A stretch of 64,000 nt of DNA, taken from NCBI GenBank assembly GCA_050246755.1, contig JBFWVL010000001.1:1504001-1568000 (forward strand), read 5' to 3'. This document shows positions 19,295 to 29,441 of this stretch, piece after piece. A model generated the notes under the pieces. It did no database searches, was not told the DNA's origin, and worked only from the letters and a program-made list of their open reading frames with translations. This DNA comes from Bacteriovoracia bacterium (GTDB lineage Bacteria; Bdellovibrionota; UBA1018; CAIPTA01). A program made the position numbers and the translations under genes. Each line of letters opens with the position of its first letter. The stretch's first letter is position 1.

Positions 19295-19783
19295 CTATTC
19301 CGGCTGGCGCGATTTTTTTCGTTTTTCGCGGAAGAAATCCCTTAGCAGATTCCCCGCTTCTTCGGCCAAGGGGCCCTGGCGAAATTTCACCTGGTGATTC
19401 AAGCCCGGGTGGGCGAGCAGGGGGATATTCAGGCTGATGGCACCGCCTTTAGGATCGGTGGTGGCGTATACTACTTCTTCGATGCGGCTTAGCACTAGCG
19501 CCCCCGCGCACATCACGCAGGGTTCTAAAGTTACGTAAAGCGTGGCACCACTGAGATTCCAGTGACCATGAGACTTAGCGCCGGCGTTCAGGGCCTGCAC
19601 TTCGGCGTGCGCGGTGGGAGAGGGAATGAGTTCACGTTCATTTTTTCCGGCAGCGAGCACCTTGCCGTCTTTTACCAGGATCGCGCCTACCGGAATATCA
19701 TCGTGCTCGAGCGCACGCTTCGCTTCGGCCAAGGCCAAGGTCATGAAGCGAAGGTCGTCTGCGCTGGAGAGAGAGGAGCTCAC
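19295..19783 (-). CDS. tadA: tRNA adenosine(34) deaminase
   Basis: PVGA, AHAE and TLEPCVMCAGA motifs; the start overlaps the mlaD stop. Confidence 0.9.
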   Translation of the reverse strand: MSSSLSSADDLRFMTLALAEAKRALEHDDIPVGAILVKDGKVLAAGKNERELIPSPTAHAEVQALNAGAKSHGHWNLSGATLYVTLEPCVMCAGALVLSRIEEVVYATTDPKGGAISLNIPLLAHPGLNHQVKFRQGPLAEEAGNLLRDFFREKRKKSRQPE

Positions 19784-21300
19784 TTGAAGGCGAATAGGTA
19801 TTTAATGTCGTCGTCGTCGAAGAAGAGACCGACGCCGGTGAACCAGGTTCGGTGCCCCAGGTATTTTTGGGTGGTATCCAATCCACCCGTTACGTAAATG
19901 CCCGGTATTATCTGTGCCCGTGCACTTAGGCGCGCCGTATAGGGCTGGCCTTTACCCAGGGAATATACATCGGCCCGCAATCCGTAGCGGCGCTGTTCAT
20001 CGGCCCAGAAGCCAATCGATACGGCGCCGTAGTCTTCCATGAGGCCCACCCGCAGATCGAGGGGGCCGAAATATTTTCCGAACATCGCGGTGATGCGCAG
20101 GCCTTTTTCTTCGTTCACGTTCTTCGTTTCCACGATCGGGCGGCTGCCGTCTACGGAAGTGGTGGTAACGGTTTTACGGTCCCGGCCGCGGGGATCGTTG
20201 GTGAGGCCCACGAGGTAGTAGCGGGTAGGATTGGGGGCGATCATAAGCGAAAAATTGGCGCGGGCGCCATCGTAGGCCTTGATCGAGTAACCCGAAATAT
20301 CCACGTAGGTCTTCAGGCCCCCGGCTTTTCCGAGCAGCAAATTTACCGAGCGGATCGCGTTACGCAGTTCCTCATAGAGCCCTGGATCGTTCACTAATTT
20401 TCCGAGCGAGCCTTCGCCGTCGGAAACTTTCTTCATCGCTTTTTCCGCGCTCGCCATGGTGTTCTTGAGGGATTCCATCGCGGAATCCACATTTTTCATC
20501 ACTTTACCATCGGGGCGGAGGAGCACTTCGAGGTGCTTCATGGCGGAGTTCAAATTGATGATGGTGTCTTTGAATTCTTTCTGCTGGGTAACTTCCCGGA
20601 GATCGCCCACCATTAGGGTGAGCTGATCGATGAGCTTGCCGACCTTTTTCACCGTATCCTGGAGCTCGGCTTCGCGGGAAGCGTTCAGGGTGGCGGTTTC
20701 CGCATGGGCCTCGGGGATCAAGAAGGAGAATAGGTAGGAAAGTGCTCCGCCCAAAATAGTGGCGGGCTTACGAGATTCTTTGTTCTCTTCTTCCCAGGGA
20801 AGACGCTCTTTGGGCTCCACGAGAATCGAATTGAGGATCTGCGCGGGCGCGGCCGAGAAATTCTTGAGGCCATCTTGCGCTTGCCCAGTGGGGCTCGGAG
20901 GGGCTTCTTCCTCTTTGGCGGGCGGGATTGGGTTGGCGGGTTCGTGCGCGTCAGAATCGCCGATTTTCGCCATGGGCTTCAGCTCGAGAAACTTGTCGCC
21001 GAGAAAGCCGTTGGAGCGGATGAAAGCGCGGGTTTCGGGAATCAGCTTCACCGGTCCCGTTACGCATACCTTTACCATCACTTTTTCTTCGTCGAGCTTA
21101 ACGTCGTTGATATAGCCGATATCGAGCCCGAGGGTCTTCACCGGCGATTTGCGGCGAAGGCCGGTAGCATCATCTACGTGAATCTTTACTTCATTGCAGG
21201 GGCGGTACCAATAAGGATGGTCGTTTACCCACACACTGAAGCCCACGATTAGGGCTACGCCGATGCTAGTAAAAATTCCAATACGAATAATACGGTTCAC
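19780..21300 (-). CDS. mlaD: Long MCE/MlaD protein (TM-MCE-insert-coiled coil-beta-rich C-terminus)
   Basis: N-terminal TM, MCE motifs (DATGL..SPV..LG..IG; GFLGDKFLEL), GEGSLGKL helix region; in an operon with mlaE and mlaF. Confidence 0.88.
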   Translation of the reverse strand: MNRIIRIGIFTSIGVALIVGFSVWVNDHPYWYRPCNEVKIHVDDATGLRRKSPVKTLGLDIGYINDVKLDEEKVMVKVCVTGPVKLIPETRAFIRSNGFLGDKFLELKPMAKIGDSDAHEPANPIPPAKEEEAPPSPTGQAQDGLKNFSAAPAQILNSILVEPKERLPWEEENKESRKPATILGGALSYLFSFLIPEAHAETATLNASREAELQDTVKKVGKLIDQLTLMVGDLREVTQQKEFKDTIINLNSAMKHLEVLLRPDGKVMKNVDSAMESLKNTMASAEKAMKKVSDGEGSLGKLVNDPGLYEELRNAIRSVNLLLGKAGGLKTYVDISGYSIKAYDGARANFSLMIAPNPTRYYLVGLTNDPRGRDRKTVTTTSVDGSRPIVETKNVNEEKGLRITAMFGKYFGPLDLRVGLMEDYGAVSIGFWADEQRRYGLRADVYSLGKGQPYTARLSARAQIIPGIYVTGGLDTTQKYLGHRTWFTGVGLFFDDDDIKYLFAFK

Positions 21301-22094
21301 TATTCCTCCTCGCGGTTGTACCGCGCCTCTTCCAGCGAAAAAAATTCTTGTACGTCGGGATCCGGATCCTTGAACACGCCCCGGGGCGGGCCCACGTATC
21401 GAACCAAACCATCTTTTAGAAAGGCGATATGCTGCGCCATCGTGAACACTACGTGCGTATCGTGGCTGATTACGATGGAGGTCAGGTTGTGCTTGGCGCT
21501 CACGTCTTTAATCAGTTTCGTTACCATCATCGTGGTGATCGGGTCGAGTCCGGTAGTGGGCTCGTCGTACATCATGATCGAGGGTTTCGTGGCGATGGCG
21601 CGGGCAAGAGCCACGCGTTTGCGCTGTCCGCCGGATAGCGCGGTGGGCATTTTATAAGCGTGTTCCATCTCGAGGCCCACGCTGCCGAGCAGCTCTTCCA
21701 CCTGCTGGTCCAGCTCGTTTTTAGGAAGGTGGAGGTTTTCTTTTAGCGAAAAAGAAACGTTATCATACACGTTCAGCGAATCGAAGAGCGCGCCATTCTG
21801 AAAAAGAATGCCCATGTGCTTTCGCACACGCTTTAGGTTCTGGTAGTTCTCGGAATCCATTTTTTCGCCGTTGATCTCGATGGTGCCTTTGTCCGGCGTG
21901 ATGAAGCCCATGATCTGTTTGAGCAGCAGGGTTTTTCCGCAGCCCGAACCGCCCATGATGTAGGTAACCTTTCCGCTCGGGATATCGAGGTTCAATCCCT
22001 TGTGGATTTTGAAGGCCCCGAAGCCTTTCTCTAGGCCCCGGACTCTCACGGCGATTTTACCGTTAGCTTCAGAGGAAGAGGTTGCTGGCGTCAT
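21300..22094 (-). CDS. mlaF: ABC ATPase of MCE lipid transporter
   Basis: GGSGCGKT, FQNGALFDSL, LSGGQRKRVALARA, YDEPTTGLDP. Confidence 0.92.
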   Translation of the reverse strand: MTPATSSSEANGKIAVRVRGLEKGFGAFKIHKGLNLDIPSGKVTYIMGGSGCGKTLLLKQIMGFITPDKGTIEINGEKMDSENYQNLKRVRKHMGILFQNGALFDSLNVYDNVSFSLKENLHLPKNELDQQVEELLGSVGLEMEHAYKMPTALSGGQRKRVALARAIATKPSIMMYDEPTTGLDPITTMMVTKLIKDVSAKHNLTSIVISHDTHVVFTMAQHIAFLKDGLVRYVGPPRGVFKDPDPDVQEFFSLEEARYNREEE

Positions 22095-22842
22095 AGGGTA
22101 GATAGGCGGTTAATATGTAGTCGCTAAAAAGAATCCAAAGGGAAGCGGTTACCACGGCGCGATTGGTAGCCACGCCCACTCCTTCGGCATTGTTCTCGGC
22201 GTGGTAGCCGTAGAAGCATCCGAGAGTGGAAAGGAAGAACCCGAAGATCACGGCCTTAGTGAGACCCTGCCACACGTCAGTGAAGTCCACGGCCCAAGCG
22301 AGCTGCTGAATATATACCGCGCCATCGGTGCCATGCACTACGGTGGCAATGAAGTATCCGGCGGCGCAGCCGATGAGGGTGAAATAAATGCAGAGCAAGG
22401 GAAGCGCGAGCGTGCCCGCCATGATTCGCGGCATGATCAAATAATCGAAGGGATCCGTGCCCAGGGCTTCCATCGCTTCAATTTGTTCCGTAACCCGCAT
22501 GGTGGCGATCTCGGCGGCGATCGCGGCTCCGGAGCGGGCGGCCACCATGATTCCGCAAAATACGGGTGCAAGCTCCCGCATCATCGCGATGCCCACGGAG
22601 GAGCCAAGAAAGCTTTCCATCCCGAAGAGATGCAGTGCCACGTAGGTTTGAAAAGCCACTACGCTGCCGATGAAGACGGCGGAAAAGGAAACCACCGTGA
22701 ATGATTGCACTCCCAGAAAGTCGAATTGCTGGTAAATCAGCGGCAAGCGGCGATGGAAATTGCGCAGGCCCGCAATGGAGTTCCAGATGAAAATCGACAG
22801 TTTACCTAGAAAGGTAATCGGTGATATGGCTAGGTTGAGCAT
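22069..22842 (-). CDS. mlaE: MCE transporter permease
   Basis: RELAPV, AEIATMRVTEQIEAM, GVGVATNRAVV. The start is 22842 or 22881; the 23088 ORF overlaps lepA. Confidence 0.92.
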   Translation of the reverse strand: MLNLAISPITFLGKLSIFIWNSIAGLRNFHRRLPLIYQQFDFLGVQSFTVVSFSAVFIGSVVAFQTYVALHLFGMESFLGSSVGIAMMRELAPVFCGIMVAARSGAAIAAEIATMRVTEQIEAMEALGTDPFDYLIMPRIMAGTLALPLLCIYFTLIGCAAGYFIATVVHGTDGAVYIQQLAWAVDFTDVWQGLTKAVIFGFFLSTLGCFYGYHAENNAEGVGVATNRAVVTASLWILFSDYILTAYLPYDASNLFL

Positions 22843-22987
22843 AGACGGTATAAGTCTAGTCTGGCCCCTTGGCTTTGTCATGGGCGCAATGTAGAAAATG
22901 GTGGTTCTACGCCGACTTAGACGGAATTCTTGCGGCGCGTAAAATCGGTTTGGAAAAAATCGGCGGGCTCGCTGCCGGACGGGATTC

Positions 22988-24793
22988 ATGAGCGCAAAGA
23001 ACATTCGAAATTTTTCCATCATCGCCCACATCGACCATGGGAAATCCACGCTCGCCGATCGTTTGATCGAGGTCACGGGCACGCTCACGAAACGCGAGAT
23101 GGAATCTCAGGTTCTCGATTCCATGGATATCGAGCGGGAGCGCGGAATCACGATCAAGGCCCAGACCGTGCGCATGAATTATAAGGCGAAAGACGGGCAA
23201 ACCTATATTTTGAATATGATCGATACGCCCGGACACGTGGATTTTACCTACGAGGTTTCGCGCTCGCTCGCAGCGTGCGAGGGCGCAATCCTGGTGGTGG
23301 ATGCCTCCCAGGGCGTAGAGGCCCAAACGCTCGCGAACGTTTACCTCGCGATGGAAAATAATCTCGAAATCTTCCCGGTGCTCAATAAAATTGACTTACC
23401 GGGAGCGGAACCCGAACGCGTGCGGGCCGAAATCGAAGACGTAGTGGGGATCGACGCCTCGAACGCCCTCAATATTTCGGCTAAAACTGGATTGGGGGTG
23501 CCCGACGTGCTCGAAGAGATCGTAAAGCGCGTTCCTCCCCCTAAAGATCAGGGCGAGTTCGCGGCCGATTCTCAGCTTCGCGCGCTGGTTTTTGATTCTT
23601 GGTTCGATCCTTACTACGGCGTGGTGGCGCTAACGCGCGTTTTTTCGGGCGCCGTAAAAAAAGGCGATAAGCTGCGCTTGGCCCACACCGGAAAAGAATT
23701 CGAGTGCCAGAAAGTTACCTTCTTTACGCCCAAAATGCAGGATACCGCCCTCATCTCTACCGGTGAAGTGGGCGCGATCATCACCGGCTTGAAAGACGTA
23801 CGCGACGTGAAGGTAGGCGATACGGTAGTGCGGCAGGGCGAAACTCCCGGGGAGCTCAAGGGCTTCAAAGAAGTAAAGCCGATGGTATTCTGCGGAGTGT
23901 ATCCGATCGAGACCAACGACTACGCCAACCTCCGCGATGCCCTCGATAAGCTTAAGCTCAACGATTCGGCGTTCACTTACGAGCCGGAAACTTCCAACGC
24001 GCTAGGATTTGGTTTCCGCTGCGGCTTCCTCGGGCTGCTCCACATGGAAGTTTTTCAGGAGCGTCTCGAGCGCCAGTATAACCTCGCAATTATCTCTACC
24101 GCGCCCTCCGTGGTGTACCGGGTGACTACCACCCGAGGGGAAGAGCTCTTAGTGGATAATCCATCGAAGATGCCTACTCCTACCGAGATCGAGAAGATAG
24201 AGGAGCCTTACATTAAGTGCACCGTGCATACCCCGAACGATTTCGTCGGGGCCGTGCTCGCGCTCTTTCAAGAGCGGCGTGGGCAACAAGTGGGGATTGA
24301 TTACGTTACGAAAGAGCGCGTGCAAGTGAAATATGAGATGCCTCTCTCCGAGATGGTTTTTGATTTCTTCGATAAATTGAAATCCTCTACCCGTGGTTAT
24401 GCTTCGATGGATTATGAGCTCATCGACTACCGCGAAGGCGATATGGTGAAGCTCGATATCCTTCTCAACGGTGAGGGGGTAGACGCTCTTTCTATCATGA
24501 TTCACCGCGACCGCGCGGCACAGCGCGGAGGCGTGCTCGCCAAAAAACTTAAAGAACTGATCGAGCGGCAAATGTACGAAGTGGCGATCCAGGCGGCCAT
24601 TGGCTCTAAAATCGTGGCCCGCGAAACACTCTCCGCTTTCCGCAAAAACGTGATCGCGAAATGCTATGGCGGCGATATTTCCCGTAAGCGCAAGCTCCTC
24701 GAGAAGCAAAAAGAAGGTAAGAAACGCATGAAGCAGATCGGGAGCGTAGAAGTTCCCCAGGAAGCTTTCTTGGCCGTGCTCAAGGTGGACTAA
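22988..24793 (+). CDS. lepA: Elongation factor 4
   Basis: [53 protein letters not shown]. Confidence 0.98.
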   Translation: MSAKNIRNFSIIAHIDHGKSTLADRLIEVTGTLTKREMESQVLDSMDIERERGITIKAQTVRMNYKAKDGQTYILNMIDTPGHVDFTYEVSRSLAACEGAILVVDASQGVEAQTLANVYLAMENNLEIFPVLNKIDLPGAEPERVRAEIEDVVGIDASNALNISAKTGLGVPDVLEEIVKRVPPPKDQGEFAADSQLRALVFDSWFDPYYGVVALTRVFSGAVKKGDKLRLAHTGKEFECQKVTFFTPKMQDTALISTGEVGAIITGLKDVRDVKVGDTVVRQGETPGELKGFKEVKPMVFCGVYPIETNDYANLRDALDKLKLNDSAFTYEPETSNALGFGFRCGFLGLLHMEVFQERLERQYNLAIISTAPSVVYRVTTTRGEELLVDNPSKMPTPTEIEKIEEPYIKCTVHTPNDFVGAVLALFQERRGQQVGIDYVTKERVQVKYEMPLSEMVFDFFDKLKSSTRGYASMDYELIDYREGDMVKLDILLNGEGVDALSIMIHRDRAAQRGGVLAKKLKELIERQMYEVAIQAAIGSKIVARETLSAFRKNVIAKCYGGDISRKRKLLEKQKEGKKRMKQIGSVEVPQEAFLAVLKVD

Positions 24794-24795
24794 CC

Positions 24796-25311
24796 TTGAA
24801 AAGAAGAATCTATAAATTGCTCTGGGTAGTGGCGGCGGCCTTCGCTATGCGCGCCTGCGTGGTTGAGCCGGTACGCATGACGGACGAGTCGATGGCCCCG
24901 CTTCTGGCCGATGGCGACGTGGTTTTGGTTTCGAAGCTGCACTACGGACTGCGTGTCCCGGGCTCTGGCGCCATGATGGTGGAATGGTCTAAGCCACGGA
25001 AGGGCGATTTAGTGGTGGCGGTGGCCGCCGGAGAGCCTCCGGTAAATTTGCTGCGCCGGATTGAGTTTGTGCCCGGTGAAACGGTTACCCTTTCCGACGG
25101 TAAAAAGGCCGTCTTAAAAGACGACGAGTTTTTCCTCCGTGCGGAGCAGAGCGAGGGCGTCATGGATAGCCGTCATTTTGGTCCGGTTCTGCGCAGGAGC
25201 ATCATCGGCAAGGCTACCTATATTTGGATTGCCAAAAACCCTTCTGCCGAAGCGGGATCGAAGGTAGAATCATCGAAATCATCGCGGAGGATCCTCCAAC
25301 CCATTTTATGA
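24796..25311 (+). CDS. Signal peptidase I (S26)-like protein with degenerate active site
   Basis: Directly follows lepA. ESMAPLL.DGD.VLVSK, RKGDLVV and DSRHFGPV boxes are present, but the catalytic Lys box reads LLRRI. Confidence 0.75.
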   Translation: MKRRIYKLLWVVAAAFAMRACVVEPVRMTDESMAPLLADGDVVLVSKLHYGLRVPGSGAMMVEWSKPRKGDLVVAVAAGEPPVNLLRRIEFVPGETVTLSDGKKAVLKDDEFFLRAEQSEGVMDSRHFGPVLRRSIIGKATYIWIAKNPSAEAGSKVESSKSSRRILQPIL

Positions 25312-26234
25312 AGTTGCACACTCGTCACCTGCTAGGAATCGAAGATCTCAAACCGCAAGAGATCCGTATTTTTCTCGACGAGGGAAAGCGCTTCAAAAAA
25401 GAGCTGGACCTGGGGGCCCGCAAATTCGATCAGCTTCGCGGAAAATCAATCGTCAGTTTATTTTACGAAGCTTCTACTCGCACACGCGGTTCGTTCGAAA
25501 TGGCCGCTAAGCGCCTAGGCGCCGATTTCTTCCACATGAACGCCGACGCTTCCTCGAGCGTCAGCAAGGGCGAGACCTTGGTGGATACGGCCAAAAACCT
25601 CGAGGCCATGAGCCCGGATTTTCTCGTGCTCCGCCATCCCAGCTCGGGGGCGCCTCAGCTGCTCGCCAAGCACCTGAAGATTCCCGTGATCAACGCCGGC
25701 GATGGGTTTCACGAACACCCCACCCAGGCATTGCTCGACGCCATGACGATGGAGGAGCAGTTCGGATCGGTGAAGGGGTTGAGCGTAACGATTGTGGGCG
25801 ATATCGCTCACTCGCGCGTGGCACGTTCCAATATTCACCTGCTCAATAAGTTGGGCGCAAAGATCACCGTATGCGGCCCCCCTACGCTGATTCCTCCTCA
25901 TATGGAACGACTCGGCGTGAAAACGGCGTACAGGCTCGAAGATGGCATTGCGGACGCTGACGTGGTGATGATGCTGAGAATTCAATTTGAGCGCCAAAAT
26001 GATAAACAGATCCCTTCCACTTCGGAATACTTCCGTTTCTTCGGCATGAACCAAGAAAGCGCTAAGCTGCTCAAGAAGAAAGCCATCATCATGCATCCGG
26101 GACCACTGAATCGCGGCGTAGAAATCGCCCCCGAGGTGGCTGATGGATCGCATTCCGTGATTTTAAATCAGGTTACCAACGGCGTAGCGGTGCGCATGGG
26201 CGTGCTTTCGGTGCTATCGGGAGGAACTGCGTGA
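25308..26234 (+). CDS. pyrB: Aspartate carbamoyltransferase catalytic subunit
   Basis: FYEASTRT, HEHPTQALLD, GDIAHSRVARS, MHPGPLNRG; ATG 25308 overlaps the upstream stop. Confidence 0.96.
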   Translation: MKLHTRHLLGIEDLKPQEIRIFLDEGKRFKKELDLGARKFDQLRGKSIVSLFYEASTRTRGSFEMAAKRLGADFFHMNADASSSVSKGETLVDTAKNLEAMSPDFLVLRHPSSGAPQLLAKHLKIPVINAGDGFHEHPTQALLDAMTMEEQFGSVKGLSVTIVGDIAHSRVARSNIHLLNKLGAKITVCGPPTLIPPHMERLGVKTAYRLEDGIADADVVMMLRIQFERQNDKQIPSTSEYFRFFGMNQESAKLLKKKAIIMHPGPLNRGVEIAPEVADGSHSVILNQVTNGVAVRMGVLSVLSGGTA

Positions 26235-27559
26235 GCACGAAAACCATTCCCGCAAAATCTCTTTACGTCAGCGGAGCTCAGCTGCTCGATCCTACGCAGA
26301 AGCTAAAGGGCGAAGTGGATTTGCTCGTGGAAAACGGCCGGGTGGCGGCCGTAGATAAGGCCGGAAGCCTCAAGGCAAAGGCAAAAGGTATAAAGGCCGT
26401 TTCCGTGGATGGCCGTGGATTTTTTCTTGCTCCGGGCTTCGTGGATTTGGATTGTGCCATTCACGAGCCGGGTGCCGAGCATATCGAGAGCTTTGCTACG
26501 GGTTCGAGTGCCGCCGCTGCGGGTGGATTCACTACGTTGCTGATCAAGCCGCTCACCATTCCTGTGCACGACAATGCCTTCATGACGGATTTTATCTTGC
26601 GGCGTGCCCGTGAGAATTCCCGCGTTCGCATCGTTACGATGGGAGCCATGAGTGCCGGCCGCGAAGGAAAAAAACTGGCGGAGATCGGCGGAATGGCGGC
26701 CGCAGGCGCCCGCGCGATCGGCGATGCCGCTTCGGTTACCGATACCTATCTCATGCGTAAGGCTCTAGAATATGCTCGAGCATTTTCCGTGCCGATTTTT
26801 TCTTTTCCGGAAGATAAGAGCCTCGCGGGGCAAGGGGTAATGAGCGAAGGCTGGAATTCCAACCGTCTCGGGCTTCGCGGCATTCCCGCCGCCGCTGAAG
26901 AAATTATCGTGACCCGCGATATCGTGTTGGCAAGGCACACGAATGGGCGGCTACACTTTCAACCCATTAGCACCCTGGGCTCGATCAGGGCTATTCGCCA
27001 CGCGAAGGAGCAAGGCCTGGCCATCACCGCGGAGACGCAGCCCGCATATTTCACTCTCACCTCCGACTCTATTGCCGGCTACGACGCTAATTATAAGTGC
27101 GTGCCGCCGCTGCGATCCGAGGAGGATCGCGAAGCCCTCATTGCCGCCTTGGCCGACGGAACCCTCGATTTAATTTCTTCGGGACATAGCCCGCAAACCA
27201 GGGCCGCGAAGGAACAAACGTTTGAGTTCGCTGCCGCAGGTATGATTTCGCTGGAGACCACATTTTCGCTTACCCTCGAGCTCGTACGCAAAAAGCAAAT
27301 CAGCCCGCTTCGGATGGTAGAATTGCTCAGCACTGCGCCGGCGAGGGTGCTGGGAATTCTTGGCGAGGCCGGGAGCCTAAAGGCCGGATCGGTGGCTGAT
27401 TTCGTATTATTTGATCCCAAGGCCATGCGTGATTTTACGCCTGGAACGATTCATAGTGCCGCAAGGAATAGCCCCTTCGTGGGACAAAAACTTCCGGGCG
27501 TGGTGCGCGCTACCTACGTGGGCGGAACCTCCGTATTTGAACAGAAGGGAAAAGCATGA
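26231..27559 (+). CDS. pyrC: Dihydroorotase-like protein, probably the inactive PyrC' subunit
   Basis: Full amidohydrolase fold (AAAAGGFTT, PPLR, ARNSPF), but HxH is replaced (DLDCAIHEPG) and DHAPH reads GHSPQ. Confidence 0.85.
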   Translation: MSTKTIPAKSLYVSGAQLLDPTQKLKGEVDLLVENGRVAAVDKAGSLKAKAKGIKAVSVDGRGFFLAPGFVDLDCAIHEPGAEHIESFATGSSAAAAGGFTTLLIKPLTIPVHDNAFMTDFILRRARENSRVRIVTMGAMSAGREGKKLAEIGGMAAAGARAIGDAASVTDTYLMRKALEYARAFSVPIFSFPEDKSLAGQGVMSEGWNSNRLGLRGIPAAAEEIIVTRDIVLARHTNGRLHFQPISTLGSIRAIRHAKEQGLAITAETQPAYFTLTSDSIAGYDANYKCVPPLRSEEDREALIAALADGTLDLISSGHSPQTRAAKEQTFEFAAAGMISLETTFSLTLELVRKKQISPLRMVELLSTAPARVLGILGEAGSLKAGSVADFVLFDPKAMRDFTPGTIHSAARNSPFVGQKLPGVVRATYVGGTSVFEQKGKA

Positions 27560-28725
27560 GCCTCTCGAAAAATCGAAAATCCGGCGCGCTGTTGCTTGAG
27601 GACGGGACTGTTTTTCCCGGCGAGCTTTTCGGTGCCGATATTCCCAATCTCAAACATGGCGTGCTCGGCGAAGTTGTTTTCAATACTGCCATGACCGGCT
27701 ACCAGGAAATTCTCACGGACCCATCCTATCTCGGCCAGATCGTAGTCATGACTTATCCGCATGTGGGCAATTACGGGATCAACCTCGAAGACATCGAGTC
27801 GCGCGCCTCTTTCGTTTCTGGCTTCATCGCCCATGAATTTTGTGAGCGTCCTTCTAATTGGCGCGCCAACGAGGGGCTTGGCGAGTATTTTCGCGCCAAG
27901 GGCATTCCCGCGCTTTCCGGTGTGGACACCCGCGCGCTCACGCGCCACCTCCGGGATAAGGGCGCCATGAATGCATTTCTCGTGGCTCCCGCTCCCGCCG
28001 ATCGAGCCGAAGCCGACGCCGTGCTGAAACGCCTTCGCAATGAACCTCCCTTCGGCGACCGCGATCTCGTGGCGGAAGTTACCTGCCGCGAAGCCTACGA
28101 CTGGAATAAGCCTCACGGTGCCCGTAGCGCTGCCTGGAATACCCCGTCTACCAATGCCGAGGATTCCCCGCTCGTAGTGGTGATGGATTTGGGCGTGAAG
28201 CACAATATGCTGCGTTCCCTGGTTTCTCGCGGATGCCGCGTGAAAGTGGTGCCAGCTTTCGCTACCGCTGAAGAAATTCTGCGCTATTCTCCTAAAGGCG
28301 TGATGCTTACTAACGGGCCTGGGGATCCGGCCCGTGTGGCCAAGGTTCCGGAAACCGTCCGGGCGCTCCTAGGAAAAGTACCTATTTTTGGAATTTGCAT
28401 GGGCCACCAGATTCTAGCCCACGCCATTGGTGCTAAAACGTTCAAGATGAAGTTTGGCCACCACGGCGCAAATCAGCCCGTGCTCGACATGAAAACGGGC
28501 CGCGTAATGATCACCTCTCAGAATCACGGCTACGCCATCGATCCCGAAACCTTACCGGCTTGGGCAAAAGTGGCGCAAATTAACCTTAATGATCAGAGCG
28601 TGGAGTCGATCGCGCTTCCCGAACACAAGGCTTATTCGGTACAATACCATCCGGAAGCTTGTCCGGGTCCGCGGGACTCTATGGGCTACTTCGACGAATT
28701 TATGAAGGCTATGGGCTATGCTTGA
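27556..28725 (+). CDS. carA: Carbamoyl-phosphate synthase small subunit
   Basis: GEVVFNTAMTGYQE, NGPGDP, GICMGHQ, SQNHG, QYHPEA. Confidence 0.97.
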   Translation: MSLSKNRKSGALLLEDGTVFPGELFGADIPNLKHGVLGEVVFNTAMTGYQEILTDPSYLGQIVVMTYPHVGNYGINLEDIESRASFVSGFIAHEFCERPSNWRANEGLGEYFRAKGIPALSGVDTRALTRHLRDKGAMNAFLVAPAPADRAEADAVLKRLRNEPPFGDRDLVAEVTCREAYDWNKPHGARSAAWNTPSTNAEDSPLVVVMDLGVKHNMLRSLVSRGCRVKVVPAFATAEEILRYSPKGVMLTNGPGDPARVAKVPETVRALLGKVPIFGICMGHQILAHAIGAKTFKMKFGHHGANQPVLDMKTGRVMITSQNHGYAIDPETLPAWAKVAQINLNDQSVESIALPEHKAYSVQYHPEACPGPRDSMGYFDEFMKAMGYA

Positions 28726-29362
28726 AAAATACCAAAAGTGCGTAGATATCATCACAAACGAATACACCGCGGGTGATTACTTCCGTGAAGTGTACGGCGC
28801 GAAGAAGGATTACTTCGAGAGCCTAGGTGCGATTGCGGAAGACGACCAAGATTTTGAAAACCAAATGGACGTTTTCATGGCTTGGTATCTTTTCGACCGT
28901 CCGCTCGAAAAGCACGATTTGCCCCCGGTATTTTTGTATTACCGCAAGAACGGTCCCTCTCTCCCGGCCGACGTAGAGCCCGCCTTCAAGGCGCTCACCC
29001 AGTCCAAACATTCAGTTTTTGAATTAGTGAAGCAGAGGGATACCGCTTTTGTGCTTCGCGATATGAGCAACGGCGAAAAATACGAAGTGCAAGATCAGCA
29101 GATCCGCGCGGGCTTTTCTAAAGGTGATATCTTCGAGGCCCGTCTGATTCCGGATGGAAAAGGCTATATCTTCTCCAACGGATTTTGTTTTCATCCGAAG
29201 GAAGCCTATAAGTTTATCGAATCTCAAATGAAAAAAATCAGGGAAGACGATGGCGCCCAACGAACGAAGTTATTGCTGAAGCTTGGGCAAATGCGCAATA
29301 AACAGCACCGTTTTCCGCACATTGATGTGCAGCATATCTATACGCTCACGCCGAAATTCTAA
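28718..29362 (+). CDS. Hypothetical protein
   Basis: 214 aa with host-like codon use, overlapping the carA stop; contains WYLFDRP, HSVFE and FCFHP motifs. Confidence 0.75.
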   Translation: MLEKYQKCVDIITNEYTAGDYFREVYGAKKDYFESLGAIAEDDQDFENQMDVFMAWYLFDRPLEKHDLPPVFLYYRKNGPSLPADVEPAFKALTQSKHSVFELVKQRDTAFVLRDMSNGEKYEVQDQQIRAGFSKGDIFEARLIPDGKGYIFSNGFCFHPKEAYKFIESQMKKIREDDGAQRTKLLLKLGQMRNKQHRFPHIDVQHIYTLTPKF

Positions 29363-29441
29363 AATACGGCCAGTTTAACCGGAAGCGGTTATGGATGCTC
29401 GTATTCTCAAGCTCGAAATGAGCTGCTATCCTAAAGAGGCA

